Positions 20,405-30,057 of a stretch of 64,000 nucleotides of DNA are shown here, piece by piece (within the stretch, counting starts at the first letter, position 1; every line of letters starts with the position of its first letter). The DNA is from Candidatus Krumholzibacteriia bacterium (GTDB lineage Bacteria > Krumholzibacteriota > Krumholzibacteriia > Krumholzibacteriales > Krumholzibacteriaceae). Location: assembly GCA_023131975.1 (NCBI GenBank), contig JAGLYV010000078.1, positions 3,712 through 67,711 on the forward strand. The letters run 5' to 3'. Under the pieces are notes generated by a model that ran no database searches, was not told the DNA's origin, and worked only from the letters and a program-made list of their open reading frames with translations. Made by a program: the position numbers and the translations under genes.

Positions 20405-21265
20405 TCAGTCAAGCTTTCTCTCTCTTCTCAATGCGGAGATCTGGTCTGCCATTATGCCCATGAAAAACAGAAGTACACTGGTCAGGATGGTCAGAACTCC
20501 GATATTCGGCGCTCGTCCGAACCGCAGAATACCGTAAATCGTAAACAGGATACCGACCCCCATCATCACTATGGATACTGGCACAAAGACCTTAAGCGGA
20601 TTAAAAAGGACGATGACCCTTATGATGAGAAGAAATGTCTTGTAACCATCTTTGAAGAAACTCACATTGCTCGCTCGTCCGACTCTTGCTTCGGCGGGTA
20701 TCGGCAGATACTTCACGCTGTACGCCGATCTCAGATAGGCAAGCGTGATCGTAGTAGTGAAAGAAAAGCCATTCGGGCAAATATGAAGGAACTGGAATAT
20801 CGTCTCTTTCCTGAAAGCCCGGAATCCCGAGTTCAAATCAGGAATATTCATACCACTAAGGTAATTCGCGACCAGCGACAGAACTTTTTTGCCTGGGGCC
20901 CGCATACCTTTCGACTGGCCTCTGGCACCCACGACCATGTCGTACTCGCCGATCTGGCCTATGAGCTTTTCTATATCAGCAGGATCATGCTGTCCGTCAC
21001 TGTCCATCATGACCACGGTATCTCCATTAGCATTCCTGATACCTGTCTTAAGGGATGCCCCATACCCCTTGTTATAAGGATGTCTGCACACTCGCGCTCC
21101 CGATTCGGCTGCTATTTCGGCGGTCCTGTCAGAGGACCCATCGTCTATGACGATCACTTCCCAGTTCTTTTCACCGGCAAGCCTCATCAGGTCATTGAGG
21201 AATTTCGCGAGCCCCGTCTCCTCATTGTATGCGGGAATGATAATTGTCACATCATATCCGTTCAT
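20405..21265 (-). CDS. GT2 polyprenyl-phosphate sugar synthase (DPM1/GtrB/ArnC-like) with two C-terminal TM helices
   Basis: Motifs IIIPAYNEE, VIVIDDGSSDRT, MDSDGQHDP, and C-terminal helices (VLFNPLKVFVPVSIVMMGVGILF, VLTILTSVLLFFMGIMADQI) as in ArnC/GtrB. Confidence 0.8.
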   Translation of the reverse strand: MNGYDVTIIIPAYNEETGLAKFLNDLMRLAGEKNWEVIVIDDGSSDRTAEIAAESGARVCRHPYNKGYGASLKTGIRNANGDTVVMMDSDGQHDPADIEKLIGQIGEYDMVVGARGQSKGMRAPGKKVLSLVANYLSGMNIPDLNSGFRAFRKETIFQFLHICPNGFSFTTTITLAYLRSAYSVKYLPIPAEARVGRASNVSFFKDGYKTFLLIIRVIVLFNPLKVFVPVSIVMMGVGILFTIYGILRFGRAPNIGVLTILTSVLLFFMGIMADQISALRRERKLD

Positions 21266-21358
21266 ATCGACTCCATCATTCTTTCTGGTCTAAAATCCAG
21301 AAGACACCTTGCTCAGCATTCGTTCAATTCAGCGACCCTGACCTGCAGACATATTGCC

Positions 21359-21446
21359 TGGTGCCGAGGGAGGGACTTGAACCCTCACAGTGCTAAGCAC
21401 CAGCGGATTTTAAGTCCGCTGCGTCTACCAGTTCCGCCACCCCGGC
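21359..21446 (-). tRNA. tRNA-Leu (anticodon UAA), type II with long variable arm
   Basis: GCCGGGGUGGCGGAACUGGUAGACGCAGCGGACUUAAAAUCCGCUGGUGCUUAGCACUGUGAGGGUUCAAGUCCCUCCCUCGGCACCA, hand-folded, with anticodon loop cuUAAaa. Confidence 0.85.
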
Positions 21447-21526
21447 ACTTGACAATTAATAGCCTAATACCCCTGTAACATCAAGTGAAAAGCCGCAATC
21501 TGCAGATGATTAGCATTGGATCAGAA

Positions 21527-21553
21527 AAGAAAACCGGATCCAGGCCGGTTTGG
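21527..21553 (-). terminator. Putative intrinsic terminator downstream of tRNA-Cys
   Basis: On the minus strand, AAACCGGCC-UGGAU-CCGGUUU forms a hairpin followed by UCUUUUCUG. Confidence 0.4.
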
Positions 21554-21558
21554 TTACC

Positions 21559-21633
21559 TGGAGGCGGCGACCGGATTCGAACCGGTGATAACGATTTTGC
21601 AGACCGTCGCCTTAGCCACTTGGCTACGCCGCC
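21559..21633 (-). tRNA. tRNA-Cys (anticodon GCA)
   Basis: GGCGGCGUAGCCAAGUGGCUAAGGCGACGGUCUGCAAAAUCGUUAUCACCGGUUCGAAUCCGGUCGCCGCCUCCA, with a 7-bp acceptor stem and anticodon loop cuGCAaa. Confidence 0.8.
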
Positions 21634-21644
21634 TCATAAAAAAC

Positions 21645-21720
21645 TGGAGCGGGAAACGGGGTTCGAACCCGCGACCTCAACCTTGGCAAGGTTGCGCTCT
21701 ACCAGCTGAGCTATTCCCGC
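21645..21720 (-). tRNA. tRNA-Gly (anticodon GCC)
   Basis: GCGGGAAUAGCUCAGCUGGUAGAGCGCAACCUUGCCAAGGUUGAGGUCGCGGGUUCGAACCCCGUUUCCCGCUCCA, with anticodon loop uuGCCaa. Confidence 0.85.
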
Positions 21721-21761
21721 TCTCCATCTCGATCTTTTGTGTTGTAAGTATAATTATTGTA

Positions 21762-23267
21762 TTATCTCGTTGTCAACCTCATTCCTATCCTGCCCCGGGC
21801 ACTTTCGTACATTTTTATATATTCACTGGCAGAATTACCCCAGGAATGGTCTTCCTTCATCATCCTGATGCGAGCCTTCTCGACAGCTTTAGAGTTATTG
21901 TAAAACTTCAGGGCTCTTTTTATCGTGTCGGTCAGGGCTTCGGGTGTGTAGTCTTCAAACGTAAATCCGTTACCCTTTCCACCACCGGAAGTCAGCTCAA
22001 AAACGGTGTCCTTAAGCCCACCGGTCGCCCTGACGACAGGTATGGTCCCATAACGCAGGCTATACATCTGATTAAGACCACAGGGCTCATACCTCGACGG
22101 CATCAGGAAGAAATCACTTCCAGCCTCTACGAGATGCGCGGTAGCATTGTTGAACACCAGCTTGACGCCCATTTTCTCCGGATACTTCTTTCGCAATTCT
22201 GTATAGAGATCATGATATTTTTTCTGTCCCGTACCCAGGATAACAAACTTAAGATCGAGATCCATAAGTTCATCGAGCGCCTCGGATAGTATATCGAAAC
22301 CCTTCTGGTCAACAAGCCTTGAGACGATACCCAGCACAGGCTCATCTCCAGCCGGCAGCCCGAAATCCTTGAGAAGCTGATCTTTGTTCTTCTTCTTTCC
22401 GGAAAGATCGGAAGCAGTGAAATTATGAGAAATAAGTTCGTCCTTTTCAGGGTCCCACGCATCCGGGTCGATTCCATTCAGAATACCGACAAGGTCGTCT
22501 TTCCTGTAGGTAAGGACACCCTCAAGCCCGCAACCGAACTCCTCGGACATCGATATCTCTTCGGCATATGTCCTGCTGACAGTATTGATGACCCCGGAGA
22601 ACATGAGGGCCATCTTCATGAGATTCACCCTTCCCCAGAACTCGAACGGACTCATCGGCTGAAACAGCTCGGGATCCAGCCCCGCCTTTTCCAGAAAATC
22701 TGGCTCGAAGATGCCCTGGTAAGCCAGATTGTGTACGCTGAAGACTGTTCCAGCTTCACGAAGATCTGGATTTCCGGATTCCTCTATTGAAAGGTAGACC
22801 GGTATCAGGCCGGCATGAAAATCATTGCAGTGGATGACGTCCGGTTTAAGACCAAGCGCCTTTATCGATTCCATGACCGCCCTGTTGAAGAAGATGATCC
22901 TCTCATCCTCATCTTCGTAGGCGTCTCCGGTCTCCGGCACGGTGTATATCCCGGCTCGTCCGTAAAAATGGTCATTATCGATAAAATAGACCTTTATCCC
23001 CGTACCGGGTTTCAAACAGCTCTGGAGGTTGAATTTATGGATCTTTCCATCGACCTCAGCATCCAGGGTACCGATCTTTGATTCAGGTCTGATCTTGAAT
23101 TTCTCCCTGTCTATCTCTGAATAAAGAGGGGTGAATATCGTCATCTCACAGCCGAGTTTCTCAAGTTCATCGGGGAGAGCTCCCACCACATCGGCAAGGC
23201 CTCCTACTTTGGAAAACGGGACTATCTCCGTCGAAACAAGTGCTACTCCGAGAGTTTTTTCCGCCAT
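21762..23267 (-). CDS. glgA: Glycogen (starch) synthase, ADP-glucose type (GT5)
   Basis: Starts MAEKTLGVALVSTEIVPFSKVGGLADVVGALP..., a canonical GlgA N-terminus with the KVGGL motif. 501 aa. Confidence 0.85.
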   Translation of the reverse strand: MAEKTLGVALVSTEIVPFSKVGGLADVVGALPDELEKLGCEMTIFTPLYSEIDREKFKIRPESKIGTLDAEVDGKIHKFNLQSCLKPGTGIKVYFIDNDHFYGRAGIYTVPETGDAYEDEDERIIFFNRAVMESIKALGLKPDVIHCNDFHAGLIPVYLSIEESGNPDLREAGTVFSVHNLAYQGIFEPDFLEKAGLDPELFQPMSPFEFWGRVNLMKMALMFSGVINTVSRTYAEEISMSEEFGCGLEGVLTYRKDDLVGILNGIDPDAWDPEKDELISHNFTASDLSGKKKNKDQLLKDFGLPAGDEPVLGIVSRLVDQKGFDILSEALDELMDLDLKFVILGTGQKKYHDLYTELRKKYPEKMGVKLVFNNATAHLVEAGSDFFLMPSRYEPCGLNQMYSLRYGTIPVVRATGGLKDTVFELTSGGGKGNGFTFEDYTPEALTDTIKRALKFYNNSKAVEKARIRMMKEDHSWGNSASEYIKMYESARGRIGMRLTTR

Positions 23268-24314
23268 TTATTTTTCCTCTACCTTCTGTTCTTCCTTATT
23301 ATTTGCTGTTACGAGTTCAATGTCGATATCCCTGAGTATACGCGCCGCGTCTTCCGGCGGAGTAGGGTTGATATAAAAACCGCTTCCCCATTCGAATCCG
23401 GCGACCCTGGTCAACTTCGGCATTATTTCGATATGCCAGTGATAATAATCAAGATCCGGCTGATTGCACGGAGAAGTGTGGATTATGAAGTTGAAAGGTG
23501 GTTCGTCGAGGGCAATATCCAGCCTCAGCAGAACGTTTTTCATTATGTCGGCCAGCTGCGGGAACCACTCCGTGGGCGTCTGTTCGAAAGCCGATATATG
23601 CTTCAAAGGCAGGACCCAGGTCTCAAAGGGAAATCGCGCAGCGTAGGGCGCGATGGCGATAAAATGATCGTTCTGGTAGACGATCCTTTTCTCTTCTTTT
23701 ATCTCCTGCATGAGGATATCACAGAAAATACATCGTTCCTTAAGGTCATAATGAAATTTTGCTCCGGTCAGCTCCTCGATCGCCCTCTTCGGGATGATCG
23801 GAGTGGCAATGATCTGAATATGGGAATGCTCCAGGGAAGCTCCAGCTTCTTCCCCCCAGTTCTTGAAAACAAGAATATATCTGAACCTGGAATCCCTCTT
23901 CAGGTCCAGGCAACGTTCCCTCAGGGCCCAGAAGATCGATTCGACATGGCTGTCAGAAAGGTACTGGAGGTTCTTTGAATGATCGGGTGATTCGATGAGG
24001 ACCTCGTGAGCCCCGACTCCCCGCATCATATCATAGATACCGTCACCTCTCTTATCGAGGTCACCTTCGATCTGAAGAGCGGGAAATTTATTGGGAACTA
24101 CCCGAACACTCCAGCCTTCTTTGTCAGGCAGGGACTTCGGGTCTCTATAGGCAAGGACTTCAGGGGGCGTCTTGTCTTCGTTCCCGTTGCAGAAGGGACA
24201 GAACCCGCCTTTTGGAGGCAATTTCTCTCTCTTGAAATCGTCAGGCCTTTTGCCCCTTTCGGTGGAGATAATGACCCACCGTTCCATTATCGGGCTCTTG
24301 CGTAATTCCGGCAT
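23268..24314 (-). CDS. galT: Galactose-1-phosphate uridylyltransferase family (HIT-like hexose-1-P nucleotidyltransferase)
   Basis: 348 aa with a Cys-rich zinc site (CPFCNGNE) and an HxHxQ active-site motif (SLEHSHIQII). Its stop abuts the glgA start, so they are probably co-transcribed. Confidence 0.6.
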   Translation of the reverse strand: MPELRKSPIMERWVIISTERGKRPDDFKREKLPPKGGFCPFCNGNEDKTPPEVLAYRDPKSLPDKEGWSVRVVPNKFPALQIEGDLDKRGDGIYDMMRGVGAHEVLIESPDHSKNLQYLSDSHVESIFWALRERCLDLKRDSRFRYILVFKNWGEEAGASLEHSHIQIIATPIIPKRAIEELTGAKFHYDLKERCIFCDILMQEIKEEKRIVYQNDHFIAIAPYAARFPFETWVLPLKHISAFEQTPTEWFPQLADIMKNVLLRLDIALDEPPFNFIIHTSPCNQPDLDYYHWHIEIMPKLTRVAGFEWGSGFYINPTPPEDAARILRDIDIELVTANNKEEQKVEEK

Positions 24315-24345
24315 TGGTTACTGTCTCCTTCCTGAGACTCCGTTG

Positions 24346-24906
24346 CTATTTTCTGATTGTCGTTTTGACTATCCAGCAGTCAGGATACTCTTCTGCCAGT
24401 CTTACTCTCGCGTCAGATGCACCTTCTCGTCCGGAAAAATCGCCTGCCCGGACCTTATAAAGACCACCTTCGTAGTCTATATACACAGCAAGTCCTGTTC
24501 CCGCCATTAATTTTTTCTTAAACTCTTTTGCCTTCTCCAGGTCTGAAGAAGCGAATACCTGCACCCTGTAACCTTTCGCGAATTTTTCCACCGAAGGCGG
24601 CTCTTCGTTGATATCCTTTACCGAAAATGTGTCCGGAGCTGTTTTCTCAAGTTTATCAAGCAATTCCGTCTCTTCTCCGATATCTTCATCCTCAAGGACC
24701 TCTTCATCAATGTCGTATACCTCTTCCAGTTTCTCGTCCAATGGCACGACTTTGTCTTCCGTTCGCGTGGATTCCAGATCAACCGGTTCCGGGACAGATG
24801 ACACCCTGTTTCCCGTTTCGGTCCTCGTACACCCGGTCTGAACAAAAAGAATCACTAAAATTGCGAATGACAATAAATACAAACGGTTTTCTGCAATTTT
24901 CATCAT
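24346..24906 (-). CDS. SPOR-domain lipoprotein
   Basis: Lipoprotein signal MMKIAENRLYLLSFAILVILFVQTGC, an acidic linker, and a C-terminal SPOR-like repeat (GYRVQVFASSDLEKAKEFKKKL...LYKVRAGDFSGREGA). Confidence 0.55.
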   Translation of the reverse strand: MMKIAENRLYLLSFAILVILFVQTGCTRTETGNRVSSVPEPVDLESTRTEDKVVPLDEKLEEVYDIDEEVLEDEDIGEETELLDKLEKTAPDTFSVKDINEEPPSVEKFAKGYRVQVFASSDLEKAKEFKKKLMAGTGLAVYIDYEGGLYKVRAGDFSGREGASDARVRLAEEYPDCWIVKTTIRK

Positions 24907-25036
24907 GGCCTTCGACCTCCAGATATGGAACTTGTCAGCCCTCTCCGCACCTTGATTATCAGAAAAAGTACTACCTGTCAATTAAATTGGAAAGTCATAT
25001 ATTCGGGCGCCCTGCTATTACCCCCTCAGATCCTCA

Positions 25037-26197
25037 TCACATCCTGTCATCTTCGAGCTGTTTTCCTGCTCCATGGATCAAGTCAAGATAGAATCTTTCC
25101 GTGCGTTCCGCGACTGAGTCCCAATTGTACTCTTCCTCGATCTTCTTTCTTCCGTGACTGCCCATCCACGAGGCCCGGCTGTCATCCAAAACGATCATCT
25201 CCCTCAATCCCCTGCCCAGATCACTTTTGTCCCCTCTTTTGAAAATCGCTCCGACCTTTCCCGCGACTTCAAGGTTTTCCGGAATATCGCTGATCAGCAC
25301 CGGTCTTGAAAAACTCATCGCCTCCATAAGTGAGATCGGAAGACCCTCTACCAGCGAAGGCAAAACGTAGAAGGCACAGTGAGCGTACAATTCATCCAGG
25401 TTTTCCCCGGCGACATATCCCGGGAATATCACCCTGTTGTCAGCGATTCCATGCAGTTTTCGCGCATATTCGACTTCAAACCTCTCGTCACCTACAATGA
25501 CGAGCTTCATGTCCGTATCGATTTCGGACCATGCTTCCAGCAGAGTATCGAATCCTCTTTCGACTATGAACCGGCCTACGGTGAGGATAAATTTCCCACT
25601 TTCGATTCCCAACCCGAGGAGGTCCCTTAGGGGTGGGCTTTCTCTGAGCGTAGCACCATTTGGAATGTAAACGACTTTCGAAGAATATCTCGATGACAGA
25701 TCCTCCGCCATCAGTTTCGATACAGCTATCGTCGCACTGGCAGACCTGACTGCTCGCGCCTCACCCTTGCGTAAAAGGTATTTTACCACCCTTCCCCACT
25801 TGCTCTGCCTGTAATCGAGAGCATGAACGGTTGAGACAGTCAGTTTATTCGCCATCACGGGTATCCCCGCGAACAGCGAAGGGCCTATCCCATGATAGTG
25901 GATGATATCAAAAGGTCCTGACAGAGCTTTCATTGTTGCTATGAAAGAGTGTGTACCCGCATCCAGATTCTTTGTGGGGATAGACGGCAGCAGTCTCACA
26001 TTCATTCCGAGATGCTCTCCGTCAATACTGAAAGGTTTACGGCCGAAAACGGTTATCTCATGCCCCCTGCCCGCAAGGCGTCTCCCTATTTCCTCGACAT
26101 GCCTTTCTATACCTCCGAATAACGCGGGAAGACCTTTCGACCCGATCATCGCTATCTTCAGATTTGAATTGCCATCTTTATTCATGATCAGACTCAT
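25037..26197 (-). CDS. GT4 family glycosyltransferase
   Basis: 386 aa with N- and C-terminal GT-B Rossmann halves (..LMEAMSFSRPVLISD.. in the C-domain). Confidence 0.8.
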   Translation of the reverse strand: MSLIMNKDGNSNLKIAMIGSKGLPALFGGIERHVEEIGRRLAGRGHEITVFGRKPFSIDGEHLGMNVRLLPSIPTKNLDAGTHSFIATMKALSGPFDIIHYHGIGPSLFAGIPVMANKLTVSTVHALDYRQSKWGRVVKYLLRKGEARAVRSASATIAVSKLMAEDLSSRYSSKVVYIPNGATLRESPPLRDLLGLGIESGKFILTVGRFIVERGFDTLLEAWSEIDTDMKLVIVGDERFEVEYARKLHGIADNRVIFPGYVAGENLDELYAHCAFYVLPSLVEGLPISLMEAMSFSRPVLISDIPENLEVAGKVGAIFKRGDKSDLGRGLREMIVLDDSRASWMGSHGRKKIEEEYNWDSVAERTERFYLDLIHGAGKQLEDDRM

Positions 26198-27192
26198 GTG
26201 ACAGAAATATCTCTTCTCAACAATAACAACAACCAGTTTTTAAGTATCCATAAAACAGGCTTTACAGGATTTCTTTTCATAGAGGCTCTGGCAGTGCAGA
26301 TCATCCAGCACGAAAGCGTACATTTATCGACTACTTTGCGGACCTTTTCCGCTTGTTCGCTCTTCCATATCTCTTCAATGGTATTTTTCGTGACATCACC
26401 CATCTCCTGTTCCAGGGTAAGACAGGGGAACACTTTGCCATTCGGATCGATGAACACGGAATCCCGCCCGGCTCTGCATCCAAGCGCCCTCCGCCCCACG
26501 CTGTTGTAATAAAGGACTCCCGAATAAAAATATGCTCTCAGCCATCGCTTCGGGCTGAAGCTCCCGAGCTCTTTCTTCATGACATACTTCAACTCATTCT
26601 CGAGTTCTCCTGGTTCGACCTGCTGATTGTCCTTTGTCGAGAAGTAAAAATCGGAGTTCTGAGCAACTGACGTAGTAAACTGGAACCCAAACTGCCTGGA
26701 CAGGTCATATACGGCTCCCAGATGCCTGACATTCTCCTTCTGCGCGGTAAAAGCAACCCTGACATTTCTGTATCCGAGTTTTTTCAGTTGCGTCAGAGTC
26801 TCGACGATCTTTTTGAATCCATCCTCGACACCTCTGATCTGGTCATGCATTTCTCCGATTCCGTCCAGTGATACTGCTATTCCGATCTTCCTGCTTATCT
26901 TCTTGAGAGAAGGCGCGGCATGGGCGATCCTTCTATTCTGAAAACCATTTGTCGATATCACGATCCGTGGATGCCCACAATGATCATATATACTACGGAC
27001 CATATCCACGATATCGTCTCGCAGGAAAGGCTCGCCCCCGGTTACATTCAGGTCATTCACGGTCGATGGAAGCTTCTTCACATCTTCGATATCGAACTCC
27101 ATTCCCGCCGGCAGCTTCCAGATATTGCACATATTGCACCTGGAATCACATCTGTATGTCACGGCCAGCACCGCGTCGAACGGCAACGCCAT
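26194..27192 (-). CDS. Radical SAM enzyme with C-terminal Cys-rich (SPASM-like) extension
   Basis: CxxxCxxC cluster motif near the N-terminus (YRCDSRCNMCN). A C-terminal Cys cluster (...CLTLEQE...CTLSCWMICTARAS) is also present. Start and stop overlap the flanking GT4 genes. Confidence 0.7.
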   Translation of the reverse strand: MALPFDAVLAVTYRCDSRCNMCNIWKLPAGMEFDIEDVKKLPSTVNDLNVTGGEPFLRDDIVDMVRSIYDHCGHPRIVISTNGFQNRRIAHAAPSLKKISRKIGIAVSLDGIGEMHDQIRGVEDGFKKIVETLTQLKKLGYRNVRVAFTAQKENVRHLGAVYDLSRQFGFQFTTSVAQNSDFYFSTKDNQQVEPGELENELKYVMKKELGSFSPKRWLRAYFYSGVLYYNSVGRRALGCRAGRDSVFIDPNGKVFPCLTLEQEMGDVTKNTIEEIWKSEQAEKVRKVVDKCTLSCWMICTARASMKRNPVKPVLWILKNWLLLLLRRDISVT

Positions 27193-27207
27193 ATCTATCC
27201 ACCCTCT

Positions 27208-28350
27208 CTATCGACCAAGACCTTCCACAAGTTCGGAATAACCCCTGATCATATTCTCCTCCGAATAATCTCTCAACACTCTTTTTCTGGCCATTTTCCC
27301 GATACCTGCCAGGAGAGCCGGATCGGACTTCAACCTGAGCAGCGTATCGGCCATGAGGATCGAATCCCCACTCGGCACCAGCATCCCTTCCTCTCCGTCC
27401 AGGAACATCTCCGCTATCGACCCGACATCAGTCGATACGACCGCAAGCCCCGAAGACATAGCCTCAAGGACAGTGAGAGGAAAGGTCTCGACGACCGGAT
27501 ATGAACAGAGTGTGGCGGCATCGGAAAGAGCGAATATCCTGTCAATATCGTCCCGCACTCCCATAAACCTGATCCTGTCCGGTTTCGCCGTTTTCTTGAC
27601 GATTTCATGCAATTTCCCTGCCTCTACACCATCCCCGGCTATTAAAAATGTGAAGTCATCGTGTGATCTGAGAAGTTTATCAGCGACATCGATAAACATA
27701 TCGTGGTTTTTTTCAGGTCTGAGAGCCGCCACGATCGTCACGACGAAATCATTTTCAGGTATCGAATACTGCCTTCTAAGTTCTTTTTTATGATCAATGG
27801 AAACCGGAGGACTGAATCTGTCCGTATCAATACCATTGGGAACCAGGATTATCTTTTCTGGAGGGATCCTCCCATCCTTTTCCAGAAATCTGGCGTGAGG
27901 AGGAGCCAGCGCGACAAATCGGTCGAACATGCGAAGAACCAGCCTGTCCGTAAAGCTGAAAGTGCCTTTCTTCCCCCATAGTCCGGTCGAATGTACACTG
28001 AGGATCCTGCTTCTTATACCTGCCATCTGTGACGCTGTCGCACCCAGCAATATCGCGTCATGATGATCCAGTACGATAAGGACGGGGTCATCGCCGACAG
28101 AAAATATCCTCTTTAACTTTGCGAAAGAGGATAGATCGAATCTTCCGCGGGCAACGCCTGACCGGAGTGTGACTCCCGCATCGATGAGCTGCTGCCCGAC
28201 ATGCCCCGGCAACCTCAGGCAGATCACTTCAACATCATGTCCATAGCGGGACATGCCTGTCGCCAGGGCCTTTATCACCATCTCGGCCCCACCCGTCACA
28301 AGGGTGGAACAGAGGATAAAGATTTTCCTCCTGCTTCGGCGAGAACCCAT
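27208..28350 (-). CDS. GT4 family glycosyltransferase
   Basis: 380 aa GT-B (ILCSTLVTGGAEMV... N-domain, EGMLVPSGD... C-domain). Confidence 0.8.
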   Translation of the reverse strand: MGSRRSRRKIFILCSTLVTGGAEMVIKALATGMSRYGHDVEVICLRLPGHVGQQLIDAGVTLRSGVARGRFDLSSFAKLKRIFSVGDDPVLIVLDHHDAILLGATASQMAGIRSRILSVHSTGLWGKKGTFSFTDRLVLRMFDRFVALAPPHARFLEKDGRIPPEKIILVPNGIDTDRFSPPVSIDHKKELRRQYSIPENDFVVTIVAALRPEKNHDMFIDVADKLLRSHDDFTFLIAGDGVEAGKLHEIVKKTAKPDRIRFMGVRDDIDRIFALSDAATLCSYPVVETFPLTVLEAMSSGLAVVSTDVGSIAEMFLDGEEGMLVPSGDSILMADTLLRLKSDPALLAGIGKMARKRVLRDYSEENMIRGYSELVEGLGR

Positions 28351-28361
28351 GGTATTCCCTT

Positions 28362-29000
28362 TTATATGTAAGGGGCTTCCCTGCGTCCCTGTTTGCAGCG
28401 CAGATCCTTCAGGTCTTCGTGGACCCTGGCAGGATTGCCATAGGCGAGGACTCCCGGGGGAAGGTCCTTCGTCACAACGGACCCGCTGCCGACAAGCGTA
28501 CCCTCACCGATAGTGACATATGGTACGACCGTAACATTGACACCGATCCTGCATCCCTTTTTAAAGACGGGCCCCCTCATGCAGTCACCAGAGTCGGGAC
28601 ATCCGGGATGAATGTCGTTCGCCACGGTGACTCCAGGCGCCATAAAGACTTCATCCTCGATCACGGTAAACTGGGCTATGTATATATTGCAGTGGATCTT
28701 GACGTTGTGGCCGATAGTACATCCGTAATCGATCACCGAATTATTCCATATATTAAAATGGTCGCCGATAGTGTTTTCTTCCCTGATAATGACATTGTGG
28801 CCCGTCTCGAGCCCCTTGCCTATCTTCGACCCGGCATAGATGACGCTTCCGCTTCGTATCCTCGCGCCCTCGCCGATTTCAAGGAGTTCACTGACATTTC
28901 GCCTTGGTGACAGGTAGCCCACTATGGCTTCCGGGTCGATATCAGCCCCGGCTCCAAGACGCAGTTCACCGAGTTTCCTCGGATTGATTAAAGGATCCAT
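28362..29000 (-). CDS. Left-handed beta-helix (hexapeptide) sugar N/O-acetyltransferase (WbpD/PglD-like)
   Basis: 212 aa with repeated [LIV]-G-x-x-x-x hexapeptide units (IGHNVKIHCNIYIAQFTVIEDEVFMAPGVTV...). Confidence 0.75.
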   Translation of the reverse strand: MDPLINPRKLGELRLGAGADIDPEAIVGYLSPRRNVSELLEIGEGARIRSGSVIYAGSKIGKGLETGHNVIIREENTIGDHFNIWNNSVIDYGCTIGHNVKIHCNIYIAQFTVIEDEVFMAPGVTVANDIHPGCPDSGDCMRGPVFKKGCRIGVNVTVVPYVTIGEGTLVGSGSVVTKDLPPGVLAYGNPARVHEDLKDLRCKQGRREAPYI

Positions 29001-29016
29001 CTGAAACCACCCTGAC

Positions 29017-30042
29017 TTACTTTAAGGCTTTCGGGTATTCTATTTTGATCTCCGTACCGGCAGCAGCCATCGATCTGTCCGCTGCATCAAGCACCAGCAG
29101 TACTTCCAGCCCGTGTTTTCCACTGCTTCGTGACGCTGTTCCGTTTATGCAGTCGATGAAATGCTGGCACTCTATCTTCAGTGGTTCCGCATCCTCGAGC
29201 TTCGGAATCGAGATATCGCCATACCTGTACGCAAGCTGGAACTCTCCGAAGGTGTCATAATGTGGTATGACGTCTACACCCTTGTCATAGATACGGATCT
29301 TTTCGAGACTTGCGATGTCATCATAAACAAGCATCTTCTTACTGCCGACCACGGTTGTCGCGCGGATCTTGTTCGGATTCAGCCAGGATACCTGAAGATT
29401 CGCGAGAATAGAGCCGGGGTACCGGAGCGTCAAAAAGGCTACATCCTGAATGTCGGGTTGTATGTAGGAATGTCCTACGGCAGATACGGCCACAGGCCTG
29501 GATTCGAGGATGTAATTCATGATGGAGACATCATGAGGGGCAAGATCCCAGACCACATTGATGTCCTCCTGGAACAGGCCCAGGTTGACGCGGGATGTGG
29601 ACATATAGTAAATGTCACCAAGGTCGCCTGCCTTGATAAGATCCCTGATCTTGTTTACAGCAGCGGTATATACGAATGTGTGACCTACCATCAGGGTACG
29701 GTCTGCCTTCTCCGCCAGCTCGACCAGCTTGACTCCTTCTTCAACTGTGCGTGTAAGAGGTTTTTCACAGAATACGTGCTTTCCGGCTTCGAGAGCTTCC
29801 GAAGCTATGCCGGCATGAGTAGATACAGGCGTTGCAATGACAACGGCCTCTATCTCGGGGTCGGCAATGATAGTCTTGTAGTCTGTGGTGGTCTCAAGGG
29901 ACGGGTACAACATTTTCATGTGGTTCAGGCGATCTTCAGAAAGATCGCTTGCCGTCTTGACTCTGGCGTCCTTCAGGTTGATGAAGTTCCTGATGAGGTT
30001 TGGACCCCAGTATCCGCATCCGATCACTCCTACAGTCAGCAA
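29017..30042 (-). CDS. Gfo/Idh/MocA-family NAD-dependent sugar oxidoreductase (WbpB-like)
   Basis: N-terminal Rossmann motif VGVIGCGYWGPNLIRNF and EKP motif (CEKPL). Confidence 0.75.
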   Translation of the reverse strand: MLTVGVIGCGYWGPNLIRNFINLKDARVKTASDLSEDRLNHMKMLYPSLETTTDYKTIIADPEIEAVVIATPVSTHAGIASEALEAGKHVFCEKPLTRTVEEGVKLVELAEKADRTLMVGHTFVYTAAVNKIRDLIKAGDLGDIYYMSTSRVNLGLFQEDINVVWDLAPHDVSIMNYILESRPVAVSAVGHSYIQPDIQDVAFLTLRYPGSILANLQVSWLNPNKIRATTVVGSKKMLVYDDIASLEKIRIYDKGVDVIPHYDTFGEFQLAYRYGDISIPKLEDAEPLKIECQHFIDCINGTASRSSGKHGLEVLLVLDAADRSMAAAGTEIKIEYPKALK

Positions 30043-30057
30043 TGTGCCTCCATTCGT

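Noticed and set aside
21359-21720. tRNA cluster as a possible genomic-island integration site
   Set aside because: There is no integrase, transposase, direct-repeat duplication of a tRNA 3' end, or phage gene within at least 20 kb either side. The flanking genes are housekeeping (glgA, cca).
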